Shown: piece by piece, positions 10,421-21,438 of the stretch
How positions within the stretch are numbered: position 1 is the stretch's first letter
Layout of the letters: every line of letters begins with the position of its first letter
Program-made: the position numbers and the translations under genes
The notes under the pieces: generated by a model
Databases searched by the model: none
What the model saw: only the letters and a program-made list of their open reading frames with translations
What the model was told of the DNA's origin: nothing
Origin: an uncultured Acidimicrobiia bacterium
GTDB lineage: Bacteria > Acidobacteriota > Terriglobia > Versatilivoradales > Versatilivoraceae
NCBI GenBank assembly: GCA_963786955.1
Contig: CAWBAT010000006.1
Coordinates: 320,001 to 384,000, forward strand
DNA length: 64,000 nt
Direction of reading: 5' to 3'

Positions 10421-11398
10421 TCAAGCATAGACATCCTTTAATGCATCCTCTGGAAGTGGATCATCCGCGGCTGTGGCCTTTTGAACGGATTGCTCCACGA
10501 GTGCTTCGATTTCAGCCTTCGTCTCCAGGATGTCTGCTGGGCTGAGGTGATCCTGGGAAACGAGGCAATCCTCGAAGCGTTTGATGGGGTCATTTGCCGC
10601 GGCTTGCTCCCGCTCCGCTTTCGGCATGTAATCGCATGGGTCGCGCCGGTTGTGCCCCGTAAGCCGATAGGTCATCGCCTCCAGAATCGTTGGGCCGCCG
10701 CCGCCACGGGCACGGTCGATTGCCCCAGTCGCGGTTTCATATACTTTCAAAATGTCGTTCCCATCAATGGAAACGCCAGGAATCCCGTAGGCAGCCGCCA
10801 GATCGGACAGGTGTTCCAATTTTGAGTTTTTGGAATAGTGTGTCGAGGCTGCATATCGGTTGTTTTCGATGACATAAATCACGGGCAGGTTCCATACAGC
10901 GGCAATATTTACCGCTTCATGAAATGCGCCTTCAGCAACACCTCCATCACCCGTGAAGCACACAGCGACTCGAGGTTCCTTTTTCAGCTTGAATGAGAGA
11001 CCGGCGCCAGTACCCACTGGAATATTCGCTCCGATGATTGCAATGGATGGAATCATGCCCACGGAAAGATCGCCGATGTGCATGGAGCCGCCTTTGCCGC
11101 CGCAGCATCCACCGGTCTTGCCAAAGAGCTCCAACATAAAGGCGGTAAGATCCACGCCTTTCGCGATGGCATGGCCGTGCGGTCGATGGCCGCTGGTAAT
11201 GACATCATCCTTGTTCAAGGCGGAGCACACCCCGACTGCCACCGCTTCCTGACCCAAAGACTGATGAAGGGTTCCCGAGATGACGCCTTCCAGGAAAAGG
11301 TATCCAATCCGCTCCTCCATGATGCGAATGAGAAGCATGTCTCGATAGAATCCGAGCAATGTCGCTTTTGAATACGCTCTATTCAAACTCATATTCAC
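10421..11398 (-). CDS. 2-oxoacid/acetoin dehydrogenase E1 alpha subunit (TPP-binding)
   Basis: GQEAV, HRPHGH, GKGGSMH, TPP motif GDGG...ENN, TYRLTGH. Confidence 0.93.
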   Translation of the reverse strand: MNMSLNRAYSKATLLGFYRDMLLIRIMEERIGYLFLEGVISGTLHQSLGQEAVAVGVCSALNKDDVITSGHRPHGHAIAKGVDLTAFMLELFGKTGGCCGGKGGSMHIGDLSVGMIPSIAIIGANIPVGTGAGLSFKLKKEPRVAVCFTGDGGVAEGAFHEAVNIAAVWNLPVIYVIENNRYAASTHYSKNSKLEHLSDLAAAYGIPGVSIDGNDILKVYETATGAIDRARGGGGPTILEAMTYRLTGHNRRDPCDYMPKAEREQAAANDPIKRFEDCLVSQDHLSPADILETKAEIEALVEQSVQKATAADDPLPEDALKDVYA

Positions 11399-11443
11399 CC
11401 TATTACTGCCACTTTCGTAAGCTCGGTTTTTGGATAGACGGAG

Positions 11444-11911
11444 TTAACGATCGGCGTCGAGCCTCTCGGCCGCAGCAACGATGTCTTGCCTGGTGACGGT
11501 TCCGTCGTTTCCCGTGCCAACCACTTGGTCAATGTCCACGCCTTTTTGCCTGGCAAAATTCCGGAGCATGGGAGGAATGCGAGGTTTTGAAATCTCGCGG
11601 GGCGGTGCTGTTCCGAGACCTGCCTTGGCGATTTGGATTTCAGGCTCGAGCTCCGAGGTTTCTGGGATGGCATCGGCCGGATTTCCTATGTATGCAATGA
11701 CGTCGCCAACGGAAACAGCCTCGCCTTCCACAGCTTTCTTCCTTAGCAACACGCCTGTTGCAAACGACTCCAGCGCGATCACAGCTTTATCGGTTTCAAT
11801 CTCAGCTATTTTCTGCCCTCTGATGATTTCGGCGCCCTCTTCAACGAGCCACCGTACAAGGGTCACCGTGTCGACAGCGGCCCCGAGGTCGGGAATCTTG
11901 ATTGGTGCCAC
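11444..11911 (-). CDS. Stand-alone lipoyl-domain plus E3/E1-binding (PSBD) protein, no acyltransferase domain
   Basis: GTG start after a GGGAGG RBS; EIETDKAV lipoyl-Lys motif; PMLRNFARQKGVDIDQVVGTGNDGTVTRQDI PSBD; stop at ~155 aa. Confidence 0.85.
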   Translation of the reverse strand: MAPIKIPDLGAAVDTVTLVRWLVEEGAEIIRGQKIAEIETDKAVIALESFATGVLLRKKAVEGEAVSVGDVIAYIGNPADAIPETSELEPEIQIAKAGLGTAPPREISKPRIPPMLRNFARQKGVDIDQVVGTGNDGTVTRQDIVAAAERLDADR

Positions 11912-11951
11912 TTGGGCCCTCCCTGACAATTGCAGCTTTTCGCGGCGGCAT

Positions 11952-12473
11952 TCAACGCCCGGGATATACGTAGTCGGGTTGTCCGTAGACTTCAGGCATA
12001 TCAAGAAGCTCCAAGAGGATCCCATATTGCCTGTCTGCTTCAAAATAGTCAAACCGACCCTGGCGATCGTTTCCATAGATGGGGCCGCCCTGAATCTGAC
12101 GGTAGCCAAGCTTCTCCAGATACTGATAGGCGCCGTCATATTCGCTGGGGGTCATGTACGTTCCCAGATGATGGAGCCCGCCTTCTGGTTGTTTTTCCAG
12201 ATACTCGGTATAGATGTTTTTCCCACCTCGCACCGGGACGATGATTTCTACCGTCCAACTGCCCATTTCCGCCATGGCGACTTTGAGCGCATAATCGGCG
12301 GGCGCACCGCGGTAATTGACGCCTTGCATATTGCGAGTATCCATTGAATAGACTTGGAAAGGCCCGATGCCGACCGCCGCGAGTCGATCCATCATGACGT
12401 TCACATCCTTGGCAACAAAGCCAAGTTGACACCAGTTTCCCAATGACTTTATTTCAGGATTTAGCGTGATCAT
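11952..12473 (-). CDS. VOC/glyoxalase family protein (methylmalonyl-CoA epimerase-like)
   Basis: QLGFVAKD..., VEIIVP, GGLHHLG, ILLELL. Confidence 0.8.
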   Translation of the reverse strand: MITLNPEIKSLGNWCQLGFVAKDVNVMMDRLAAVGIGPFQVYSMDTRNMQGVNYRGAPADYALKVAMAEMGSWTVEIIVPVRGGKNIYTEYLEKQPEGGLHHLGTYMTPSEYDGAYQYLEKLGYRQIQGGPIYGNDRQGRFDYFEADRQYGILLELLDMPEVYGQPDYVYPGR

Positions 12474-12629
12474 TTCTCGATCATCCCTTGTCAGTGATGC
12501 ACATTGAGTGCGCACAACCTCACGTTTTTTGTCCTCGATGGAAACACGGAAACCAACACACGGGCATGAGACCTCGAAAACTCTCCATTGGAACAAGCTG
12601 TCTTGCAATGCTTCCGCAGATTGTTCTGT

Positions 12630-14270
12630 TCAACTCTCCCGATACAGCATCAGGATGACGCCGACCAAGACAAGGCAGACCGGCCAGATCTTAGCAGGAA
12701 TACGTCTATTCTTGTCGGGTAGCCGCAACTCAATCCAGCGGGTCCAGCCGGCCACTACCGCCGCCAGTCCTAATGGGATGTGGCTCAGTTCCGCCAGCAG
12801 TTCTTCCTTAATGTTACCCAACGAATGGGTATGCGCCAGCAGCAGAACTCCCCCGAGTGCACAGACCATCGGAAACACCATCGCCGCTTTCCGGGAACTC
12901 AGACGCCCGGTCTGGATTCCCCATTCGAACACCGCAAATAACACGATCAGGACTACGAAAATTCGATGTTGGAGAACCTCCGCCGCCAGAAAACTCTCCC
13001 AAAAGCCTCTCGGACCGAGTGGCCAATTCTCAGCGTCAGCACGCAAAAACAGAAAAACAGCAAGACCGATAAATGCGAGGGGCCAATGCCGTGTCCAACG
13101 CCATTTGCTAAAACTCGCCCCCACGGCAAGCAAGCCCGCTGCAAGTACCACCATTCCCGCCCAGTGATGATTGTATTCTGACCAGGCGATGTCAGCGGGT
13201 GTATTGGGAGAATAGGATTGACCGGGAACAAAAGACTGAAGCTTCTGAAATCCGGGAGTAGCGGCTTCTTCAGCCGAAAGGGGCGTTGCCGGAGACAATT
13301 CGCTCACAGCTGGACTACTCATGCGAGGCCAACGAGGGGTCATTCGCTCAACGATTTGGCTGGCCGTCACTCGATCTGCGACAAGGTCTGCCGCTGGGGG
13401 CTGAGAGGTAAGGGACGCAGCCGCCAGGATCACGGTAAATCCAATTCCCACCTCGACTTCAGCAAAACGCCGGAGCCGCAGTAGCAAGCCGGGCGTATCC
13501 ATTTCCAGGCCTCGAACTGCAAAGAAATTCATCGCGCCAAGGATGAGCAGCATCCCGAACAGGATGATCTTAGAAACCACCATGACGCCGTAAGAGGTTC
13601 CGTACAATGCCTCCGGCGTGCGGACATAAAAAATGGAGAGACCGAGCCCAGCCGCTACAATCAACGATACACTCACCAGCGCCAACCGCGAAAACCTCCT
13701 GGAAATCATTTTTGCCGGCTCAATCGTACACCGGCTCAGAGTCATGACGAGGTAAGGAAGCCCCCCAATCCAGGCTCCCGTGGCCCCTTGGTGTACCAAA
13801 GTGAAAAATGCCAGGACGAGCCGACTCTCCATGCGAGCCGATGCGTGGCTCGTCATCAAAGAAGCGCTGAGGATCACGAGAGCCGGAAGACCAACAGCAC
13901 CTACCGACAATTTCTCTTTATAAAGAACCATGCAAGCAATGAATAAGCCCGCAATGGCGGATGCTGCTCCCGCCAGGAAAAAATTGGCTCCAACGACTTC
14001 ACGCCATCGCAACTCCGCCGTTTGCATCAGGATAGCTGAATCAATCAGGACGTAAATCAATTGAGTCACTGCCAGCGCCAAAGCAGAGCTCCCCATAAGC
14101 CATCGGCATAATTTTGGGGCGGTTTCTAAGTGGTGAGGGAGACTGCGAAACACAGGGCCTAAAACAAGCAGGTTGAAAACCATGCCGCCAATCACAAGCG
14201 ATTGGAATAGCAATATGAGGCCACGAAGAAGTACGGAGAGAAATCCAAAGACGTCGAGGAGTTGTGCCAC
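12630..14270 (-). CDS. copD: CopD-family copper transporter with a His-rich C-terminal membrane extension
   Basis: SHASAR, HQGATGAWIGGLP, RFS.LA, YG.....K; extension WSEYNHHWAG, QHR, HTH, SH. Confidence 0.85.
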   Translation of the reverse strand: MAQLLDVFGFLSVLLRGLILLFQSLVIGGMVFNLLVLGPVFRSLPHHLETAPKLCRWLMGSSALALAVTQLIYVLIDSAILMQTAELRWREVVGANFFLAGAASAIAGLFIACMVLYKEKLSVGAVGLPALVILSASLMTSHASARMESRLVLAFFTLVHQGATGAWIGGLPYLVMTLSRCTIEPAKMISRRFSRLALVSVSLIVAAGLGLSIFYVRTPEALYGTSYGVMVVSKIILFGMLLILGAMNFFAVRGLEMDTPGLLLRLRRFAEVEVGIGFTVILAAASLTSQPPAADLVADRVTASQIVERMTPRWPRMSSPAVSELSPATPLSAEEAATPGFQKLQSFVPGQSYSPNTPADIAWSEYNHHWAGMVVLAAGLLAVGASFSKWRWTRHWPLAFIGLAVFLFLRADAENWPLGPRGFWESFLAAEVLQHRIFVVLIVLFAVFEWGIQTGRLSSRKAAMVFPMVCALGGVLLLAHTHSLGNIKEELLAELSHIPLGLAAVVAGWTRWIELRLPDKNRRIPAKIWPVCLVLVGVILMLYRES

Positions 14271-14285
14271 GGCATCCTTTTGGGA

Positions 14286-14666
14286 CTATTTTATTTTGAA
14301 CGGAATTTCACCGCGGGAGATGTGTCCATCAGCGGCGAGGACTTGCCAGCGCAGCAAATAGGCGCCCGCTGCAAGCCCGGTCACTCTTGCCTTAAGCTGG
14401 TCCGGGGAGTCTTGTTTATCGAGATTCACAGAATGAGACGACTTGTCCGGCTGAACCAGAATCAGTCGCGACCGCGTGCCGTCAATGCGAGAGTTGAATT
14501 TCAAAACGATCTGGAAGTCGGGCCCGGAGATCGTCGCATTCGGGGCAGGAATCGCTTCGAGTATGATGGCATGAGCGAAAGACGGCAGAGACAAACATAA
14601 AACCATGATCAGTGCGTAGAAAGCCCTCATGAACAAATGAGTATTCCTAGATTTCATCGACGCCAC
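14286..14666 (-). CDS. copC: CopC periplasmic copper-binding protein
   Basis: Signal peptide ending ..SFA|HA (N-terminal His); WQVLAADGH motif; adjacent to copD. Confidence 0.9.
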   Translation of the reverse strand: MASMKSRNTHLFMRAFYALIMVLCLSLPSFAHAIILEAIPAPNATISGPDFQIVLKFNSRIDGTRSRLILVQPDKSSHSVNLDKQDSPDQLKARVTGLAAGAYLLRWQVLAADGHISRGEIPFKIK

Positions 14667-14672
14667 CCCCCC

Positions 14673-16092
14673 CTATAGCTCCCCAGCCCTCAAAACAAAG
14701 CCGGTTGTGAACCGAAACATTGAGGAATAGGGGAGGTCATGGAATTCGTTCATGAGTTGTCCTCACAAATTGCACGTTTCCGAGTCGTATGGCCATTCCT
14801 CGTCTTATTTTCAAGTCGACACCACCCCCAATGGCCATTGCGAACCCATTGGCTTCTGTCGATTCGGCGATCAGACCATGTCGTACCCAGGCATCCAGTT
14901 TGTTCCACTCGGTCAAATCGCCGGTTGGAATCCTCTCCGGAAAGACCCGGTCTTGTGTCAGCTTAGCTCCTCCGAAGAGAAGATCCGCGTGGAAGGTCCA
15001 GCGATCGCCCTGTCGGAACGAGAATCGAGGCCCAAACAAATACGTAAATGAATCACCGGTGATATTAGGATCGCTCGAAGAAAGCTTGCACCCGCTAACA
15101 TCAGCCATCGCTCCCAGCCAGCGATTCAGCTGAAATACCCCGCTGGCTCCGCCTCCACTGCAATTTCCTGAGCTTATTCCCCCGTGAGAATAGTGCGAAA
15201 AATCATCGTAGGCGGTGAATTCAAATTGGGGAATTCGCGGGGAGCCCCCCTCCATAACTTGTTGACTAGAATGTGAACTGGGAAGAAAGGAATTCGCTGC
15301 CGAAGGCTCCGGAACTGCTGGTGGTCTTTCTCTTTGAGGCAATCGCCCAAAGATTGGGATCGTATTCACTAATGCCAGGTCGGGTATCCCGATCCCAGGG
15401 GCGCTGGAATTCCATGAGATTAGCGAAACTCCGCGAGGGATTCAAAAAAGTACGCGCTGCAAAACGTGCCACACGATTGCGCGTATATCCTTCGATACGC
15501 TTGATGAGATATTTGTCCAAAGCATCTTCCCCTGCCATCCAGACCAACCCCATTGCCGGTGTAATCACAACGTCCACATACCCTTGGGCGGGATAGTAGC
15601 TTTGAATATGCCCAATCGTGGCTTCGCTCATCGGTCCAATCTCAAACATCAGGCTAAGGGCCCATGCCCAAGCCGTAGCGCGCAGGCGACTTTTCCAGTA
15701 AGTTTCGCTTAGCCCAAATTCCGCCCGCCGATATCGCGGGTCGTTATGGACAAACATAAACCCCGCCACGGCGCCTTCCATCGGATGGCCGATATAATTG
15801 ACGAGGAAGGGGTCCCCATCGGACCAGCCGTGCAGATTCCCCACGGCGTTAAGGTAATTAGGGAAGAAAGGTCCTTTAAGTCCGTCCCGCGTGCCCTGCT
15901 CCGTCGCGAGGCGAAACCCATTCGCAACCCCGAGAAAAAACAGTGAATGCAGTAGCAATGGCTTCCACTGGACTGACGTTTCCTTCTTTGACTCCTCGAA
16001 CCGCTTCAGCTTCAGCCAAAATGGGCTTGATTAGGAAGGCAAATGTAATTGCGTGAGAAGAACGGACGCAGGCAAAAAGAGCTTGACTTCAT
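14673..16092 (-). CDS. Exported/outer-membrane protein, paralog A of 5243-6823 (frameshifted; start approximate)
   Basis: Shared blocks GFRLATE, GNLHGWSDG, YWKSRLRATA, FEIGP.SEA, NPSRSFAN, TYLFGPRFS, RLGNVQ, RFTTG.VLR.GEL. Confidence 0.65.
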
Positions 16093-16483
16093 TCCTCTCA
16101 GTGCCGACTCAAGGGAACGAGCTTTTAATACTTAAACGGGGGATGGAGATATTTGCCGGAACAAACGGCCTGAAGGAAAAATTGTTGATTGATGCTCTCT
16201 TCACATTTCTCTCCAGCACAGTGATTTGTCATGCAACCCCATTGATCGTTCAGCCTTCTCGAAGATCTCCGGCCGGCTGCCAAACTTGGACAAAAAGTAT
16301 AGCATCCATTAATCCAATATCTCTACCAGAGTTTCCGGAAAATTTTCTGAGGAATATATTCCCGTGACCATCAAACAGGAAGGGAAAATGTCAAACAGAA
16401 ATCTGGTGCAATGATTTGATGACGGTTTGACGGAACGCCGGAAGCTATTTCTTCAGCTCAGAGGTGGGATCATACAGGGCAAA

Positions 16484-17158
16484 TTAATCAACAAATTCCA
16501 CCAGCTTCCTGGTACAGCAAGCCAACTGGCGCCCCAATTTCCATAACCCCCAGATGCAAGAGGGGTGCATTAAAGCGGAAATGATAATCTTACGATCATC
16601 AAGGGTTCCATCGGGTAGGCAAAACCGATTGAAATCCAGTGGCAAGTCTTCGCTCAAGACATCACTGATGCAGCGAACAATGACATAAGGGATGCCACTT
16701 TCTTGGCAGATGCGGGCAACGGCCCAAGACTCCATGTCCACGCAACCCACACTGTCAACACCCATTGAAACGGCAAGTTGACGCTTCACTTCAGCGGTAC
16801 AAGCCATTTGATTCTGGGTAATGAGTGTTCCCAGATGAATATCGGATCCATTGGATGCGTATGCTGCGCTGCTTTGGCGAGGGCTGCCGGAGGAACAATC
16901 AGCGACGGGCCTCTGATCTCTTGCCCAACAACCAAATCCCCAATCTCCAAGTGATGGTGATAGCGCTCCCGCCAGTCCTACTCCCAGGACCGCAGACACG
17001 GGTTGTTCACGGATAAGGGTCCGAAGCCCCCTGTCCGCATTTTCGCAACCCATTCCTGTTTGTAGAAAAACCAGATTTGGGCGACAGAGTTTCTGAAGGG
17101 GAACGACTTCCCGCCGAAGGGCGCCCACGACAACCCAGGGGAAAACGCTAGGGTTCAT
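16484..17158 (-). CDS. hpnG: HpnG-like hopanoid-associated nucleoside phosphorylase
   Basis: TGMG, GLAGAL, VDMES, VRCISD...LP; in an operon with hpnA/hpnH/shc. Confidence 0.75.
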   Translation of the reverse strand: MNPSVFPWVVVGALRREVVPLQKLCRPNLVFLQTGMGCENADRGLRTLIREQPVSAVLGVGLAGALSPSLGDWGFGCWARDQRPVADCSSGSPRQSSAAYASNGSDIHLGTLITQNQMACTAEVKRQLAVSMGVDSVGCVDMESWAVARICQESGIPYVIVRCISDVLSEDLPLDFNRFCLPDGTLDDRKIIISALMHPSCIWGLWKLGRQLACCTRKLVEFVD

Positions 17159-18158
17159 GACAGATTGGCGTACCCCTTTTCGCGAAACCATCTGACAGCT
17201 CTCTCCAGGGCCTTCTCAATAGGGCTTTGCGGAAGACCTAATTCCTGGACTGCTTTTGAAGAATCAAACCACATTTTGGATTGAGACATTTTGACGCCCT
17301 CTAGTGGCGCAGTAGGTTCCCGATGGAGAATCTTCCCACTCCAGAAATTCTCCCCCTTCGCGTAGAGTAGAGCGATCCAAAGAGGGATTCGCCAATTCGG
17401 CGGTGAAATATTGGCGATTACTTCGCTAAACGATCAAAAATATCTTTAAGTGTTAAATTAACGTTTCCCAGGATATATTTTTGCCCGGGACTTCCTCTCT
17501 GGGCGGCCAGCCAGTGCCCTTCCGCTACATCTCGAACATCGATCAGATTCATCCCAGAATCGACATATCCAAACATTTTTCCGCGTAGAAAATCGACGAT
17601 CATTTTGCCGGTAGGGGTGGGCTTGAGGTCCATCTCCCCTACCGGTGTGCTCGGGTTAACGATCACAACTGGCAGCCCACGACTGGCCCAGCCTAGAACA
17701 TTTTCTTGGGCAAGAAACTTGCTCTTCTTGTAGGGACTTAACATATCCGCCAGTCGAGCTGGGGTATTTTCATCGGCCAGGACACCCTTGGAATACTTTC
17801 CCAGGCATCCAACCGTACTGGTGTACACGACCCGTTCAACAACTTCATCAAAGCAACCCGCATGAGATTATCGGTTCCGGTAACATTGATCCCGTGAACA
17901 TCACCTCGGGATTGGGACACCACAAGCGGTAGTCTGCCGCACAATGGTAAACGATACGACAGCCTTTCACCGCCTCCCGGATTGAATTGAGGTCCGTTAA
18001 GTCTCCTTGCCGCAGCGTGATGGGGAGAGATTTCAGATTATCCAGCCGACTTGTGGGACGAACCAGACAATCACGTCATTCTCGTGACGAACGAGACAAC
18101 GAACGAGATGCGAACCGACAAACCCGGTTCCACCGGTGACAAGGACTTTCATTTTCAT
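17155..18158 (-). CDS. hpnA: HpnA hopanoid-associated NAD-dependent epimerase/dehydratase (frameshifted)
   Basis: VTGGTGFVGSHL, HCAADYRL, YKKSK, VNPSTPVGEMDLKPTPTGKMI. Confidence 0.88.
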
Positions 18159-18183
18159 GAATCGGAAGGAATTCTTAGCAGGC

Positions 18184-19195
18184 CTATCCGCGGAAATTCC
18201 AGGCCGCCATCCGCAGCATGTCGCGCGGGCTCTTTTTGAGTTCGAGAACCGCAGAGGTTTCAAAACCGCTGTGCATGAGGCAATTTTGACAAAGACGATC
18301 CTGCCGGGATTCCCAATAATCCCAGTCGACCCCCGTCCAGAACTGTTGCCAGGTTTCGTGATACTCTTTGCCAATGAGATAACAGGGGCCTTTCCAACCG
18401 CGCGGCGTGAAGGTGACGGTACTCCATGGGGAACAGTTATATTGGCGCAAACCCGCCGCAAACTCGAGATACATTGGGGTCGAACTGAGCCGGTAGCGTT
18501 TTGAAAGTTCAAGAACACGTTTAAATTTGTGGTGGATTTCCTGTCTAACGGGAAAGATGTCGCGCTCTACTGATTCGTAGTGATACCCAGGGGCAATCAG
18601 CATCCCGTCAACATCCAATTGACTGACTGTCGCACATAGCCCTTCAATCTCCTGGATCTCGGTATCCTTGAATACGGTCGTATTCGTGGTCAGGTGATAA
18701 CCGAGTCGCTTCCCTTCCTTGATCATCGAGATGGCCTTGTCAAATACTCCCTGACGGTCGCAAACCGTGATCATGGGTGTGGCGAAGGCCATCCAGGTGA
18801 ACGTTAATTGTCAACCGTTTGTGAGGAGCGATCTTTCCGTAAACCTTGGTGTCGAGCAGAAGAGCATTCGTACAAAGATAAATGTGTCGCTTGCGTTCGA
18901 TGATCCCTTCAATCAGCGCTTTGAGTTCCGGATAAAGGGTCGGCTCTCCCCCACAAATCGAAACGATCGGAGCCCCGCAGGCTTCAGCGGCTTCGAAACA
19001 TTGGGCTACAGGGAGACGATCTTCCACTTTTCCAGTATGCCTCTCGGTCGAACACCCAAGACAAGCCAAATTGCAGGCATACAGAGGTTCAAGCATCAAA
19101 ACCATGGGAAAACGACGATTCCCGCGGATCGCGTTTCGAACCTGATGCTTAATGGAATCTAGCGTGAGGTGTAAAGGGAATCTCATTCTCATCAA
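18184..19195 (-). CDS. hpnH: HpnH adenosylhopane-forming radical SAM protein (frameshifted)
   Basis: FPMVLMLEPLYACNLACLGC, ICGGEP, YLCTNALL, VHLDG, PCYL, CQNCLMHSGFE. Confidence 0.9.
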
Positions 19196-19202
19196 ATCAT
19201 CA

Positions 19203-21137
19203 TCATTGAATAGAGTCTAGGAAACGCCCCAGCGCGAGCAATGGAAAATACGTTGCATACAAATGATAACGCAGATAGAAGACCTTGGGAAATCCCGTTC
19301 CTGTCCAATAATTGTCTTGCCAGGATCCATCGCTGCGTTGGGTCCGGATTAGATAATCGATTCCTCGTCGAACACTCGCGCTCTGAAAATCGCCCAACGT
19401 CATCAAGGCTAAAAGAGCCCAGGCAGTCTGCGAAGGTGTGGTTGGCCCCTGACCTTTGAGACTCGGGTCTTCGTAGCTGCGAGGCAATTCCCCCCACCCA
19501 CCATCAAAATTCTGAACAGATCGCAACCAGCGAGCAGCTGCTTGCCAGCGTTCTTTCGTCATGTCTTCCCCAATGCAGCGTAACCCCCAAAGGGCCAACC
19601 AGGTTCCGTAAATGTAGTTACATCCCCAACGTCCATACCATGTTCCGTCATGTTCTTGAAGATTACACAAAAACTTTTGGCTTTCACGAGCCCGGGATGG
19701 TCTTTCTTAAAGCCAACCTCTGCCAGAGTTTCCAGCCCTCTGGCGGTAATGTCACCCGTGCTTGGGTCAATCATGGCATTGTGATCCGCGAAAGGAATCT
19801 TCGTTAGGAATTCCTTGTTACATCCCTTGTCAAATGAACCCCACCCACCATCTTTGTTTTGCATTGTGAGGGCCCATTTCAGTGCCCGCTGCATGGCTTC
19901 GCGCTTTTCTCTCTCTTTTGACTCTTGGCTGAATTGCACCTTGGAAAGAGCCGTGATCACCTGAAACGTGTCATCGACATCAGGGTAAAATTCGTTGGCA
20001 TACTCGAAGTACCATCCTCCTGGCTCACCCTCGGGATTCTTTATTTTCCAGTCGCCAATACTCTTTTACTTCCTTCCTGAGTAACCAATCGCTTGCTTTC
20101 TGTAATGCCTCGTGCTCGGCCGAAATTCCTGATTCCGCCAGGGCAACGATGGCAATGGCTGTATCCCAAACCGGTGAAAAACAAGGCGCCACACGCAGCG
20201 TATCCCTCTCTTCGATCTCGAGCCGTTCCAGTGCCCGGATTTGGGACTGCAATTGCGGATGATCACATTCGTATCCCAAGACAGCGCAGCGCAATAATGG
20301 AGTTGATGATCGGCGGGAATATGGCCCCAACCCCGTCACTTTTTTGAAAATGTTCTTAGCAACCACATTTCACAGGCTTTTAATGCTTTCCGCCGGAACG
20401 GTAGAAAATGATGGCGCTCTAAAAACTTGGAGAGAACATCCGCGGATTTGAAGAACATCGGCCAAAACCCTCGTTGTGTTTGTCGGGACAACCACAGAAT
20501 CTACCCGGATGTCGTCGAGGTTGGCGTGTGCAGGTACGGAGCAGAATGGCTTAAATGCCCAGATGATTGATAGCGGGACGATGATGCATCGCGACCAGGA
20601 TGACAATGCATAGAGATTAATCGGGCACCAAGAGGGAAACAGGATAACCTCAGGAGGGACAGCAGGGCAGTCTTCCCAGGGAACCTGCCCGAACATGGCA
20701 AGATAAATCCGGGTAAAACTATTGGTGGCCGCCACGCCGCCAAGATCGCGAGATGACCTGGCGTGATTTTGCCATATAAGGAGCGTGCAAATCATGCCCG
20801 AGCAATTTGAGCACGAAATACGCCTTCGTTGAAACGCTGACATCCGGAGGACCTCCGGGATAGGCTGGCCACCCCCCTTCGGGCAGAACTTTTCCACCAG
20901 ATAATTTCCGGCTTTCCCGACTCGGGCTCTCCTGACCTCCCGATAAAGTGCATGGTCAGGATATATTCTGATTCCAGAATCGTATCCCCTTCTAGTTCCC
21001 CGCGCCAATGCCCGTCCTCGTGTTGAACCCCCAAAAGATAATTCTGTGTTTTTGCAATGGCGCGTTCTAAGGAAACTCCATTCCCATTTCCCTGAGAGAA
21101 CTTCCCTTACAACCGGTTGGGGGATAACTGATTTCAT
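19203..21137 (-). CDS. shc: Squalene-hopene cyclase (multiply frameshifted)
   Basis: QHEDGHWRGELEGD, SPVWDTA, catalytic YPDVDDT (read at ~19970), QNKDGGWGSFD, WYGRWGCNYIYGT, TGTGFPKVFYLRYHLY. Confidence 0.95.
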
Positions 21138-21438
21138 TTCGGTAGGCTATAGAGTGCTTAAAGCGAGATATTAAAGGAGTAAGAAATCTGAATACAAAAT
21201 CTTAGGACGCTAACCAATCCCACCAGCCAACGACGAACGAATTCTAACTGGATGATTCTATAAAGCCAAGAATTTTCTGGGCTTGTAACTCTATTGTGCG
21301 AAATGCCAGCAGGTCTGAAGCATTCGGCTCATTGCCTCCTCACAGCTATTCTTCCTTTTTCATGTTCTTTTCTATATTCTTAGACTCGTTTGCGCCATTG
21401 TTCCGGTAGCGATTGGTTCACATTCAACATCCATATTC

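Larger units (their letters stand above)
7118..12693 (-). mobile_element. Direct-repeat-bounded inserted cassette (genomic islet) of six co-oriented genes, no integrase
   Basis: Perfect 64-bp terminal direct repeats derived from the copD 3' end; contents unrelated to the flanking cop/hpn genes. Confidence 0.6.
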
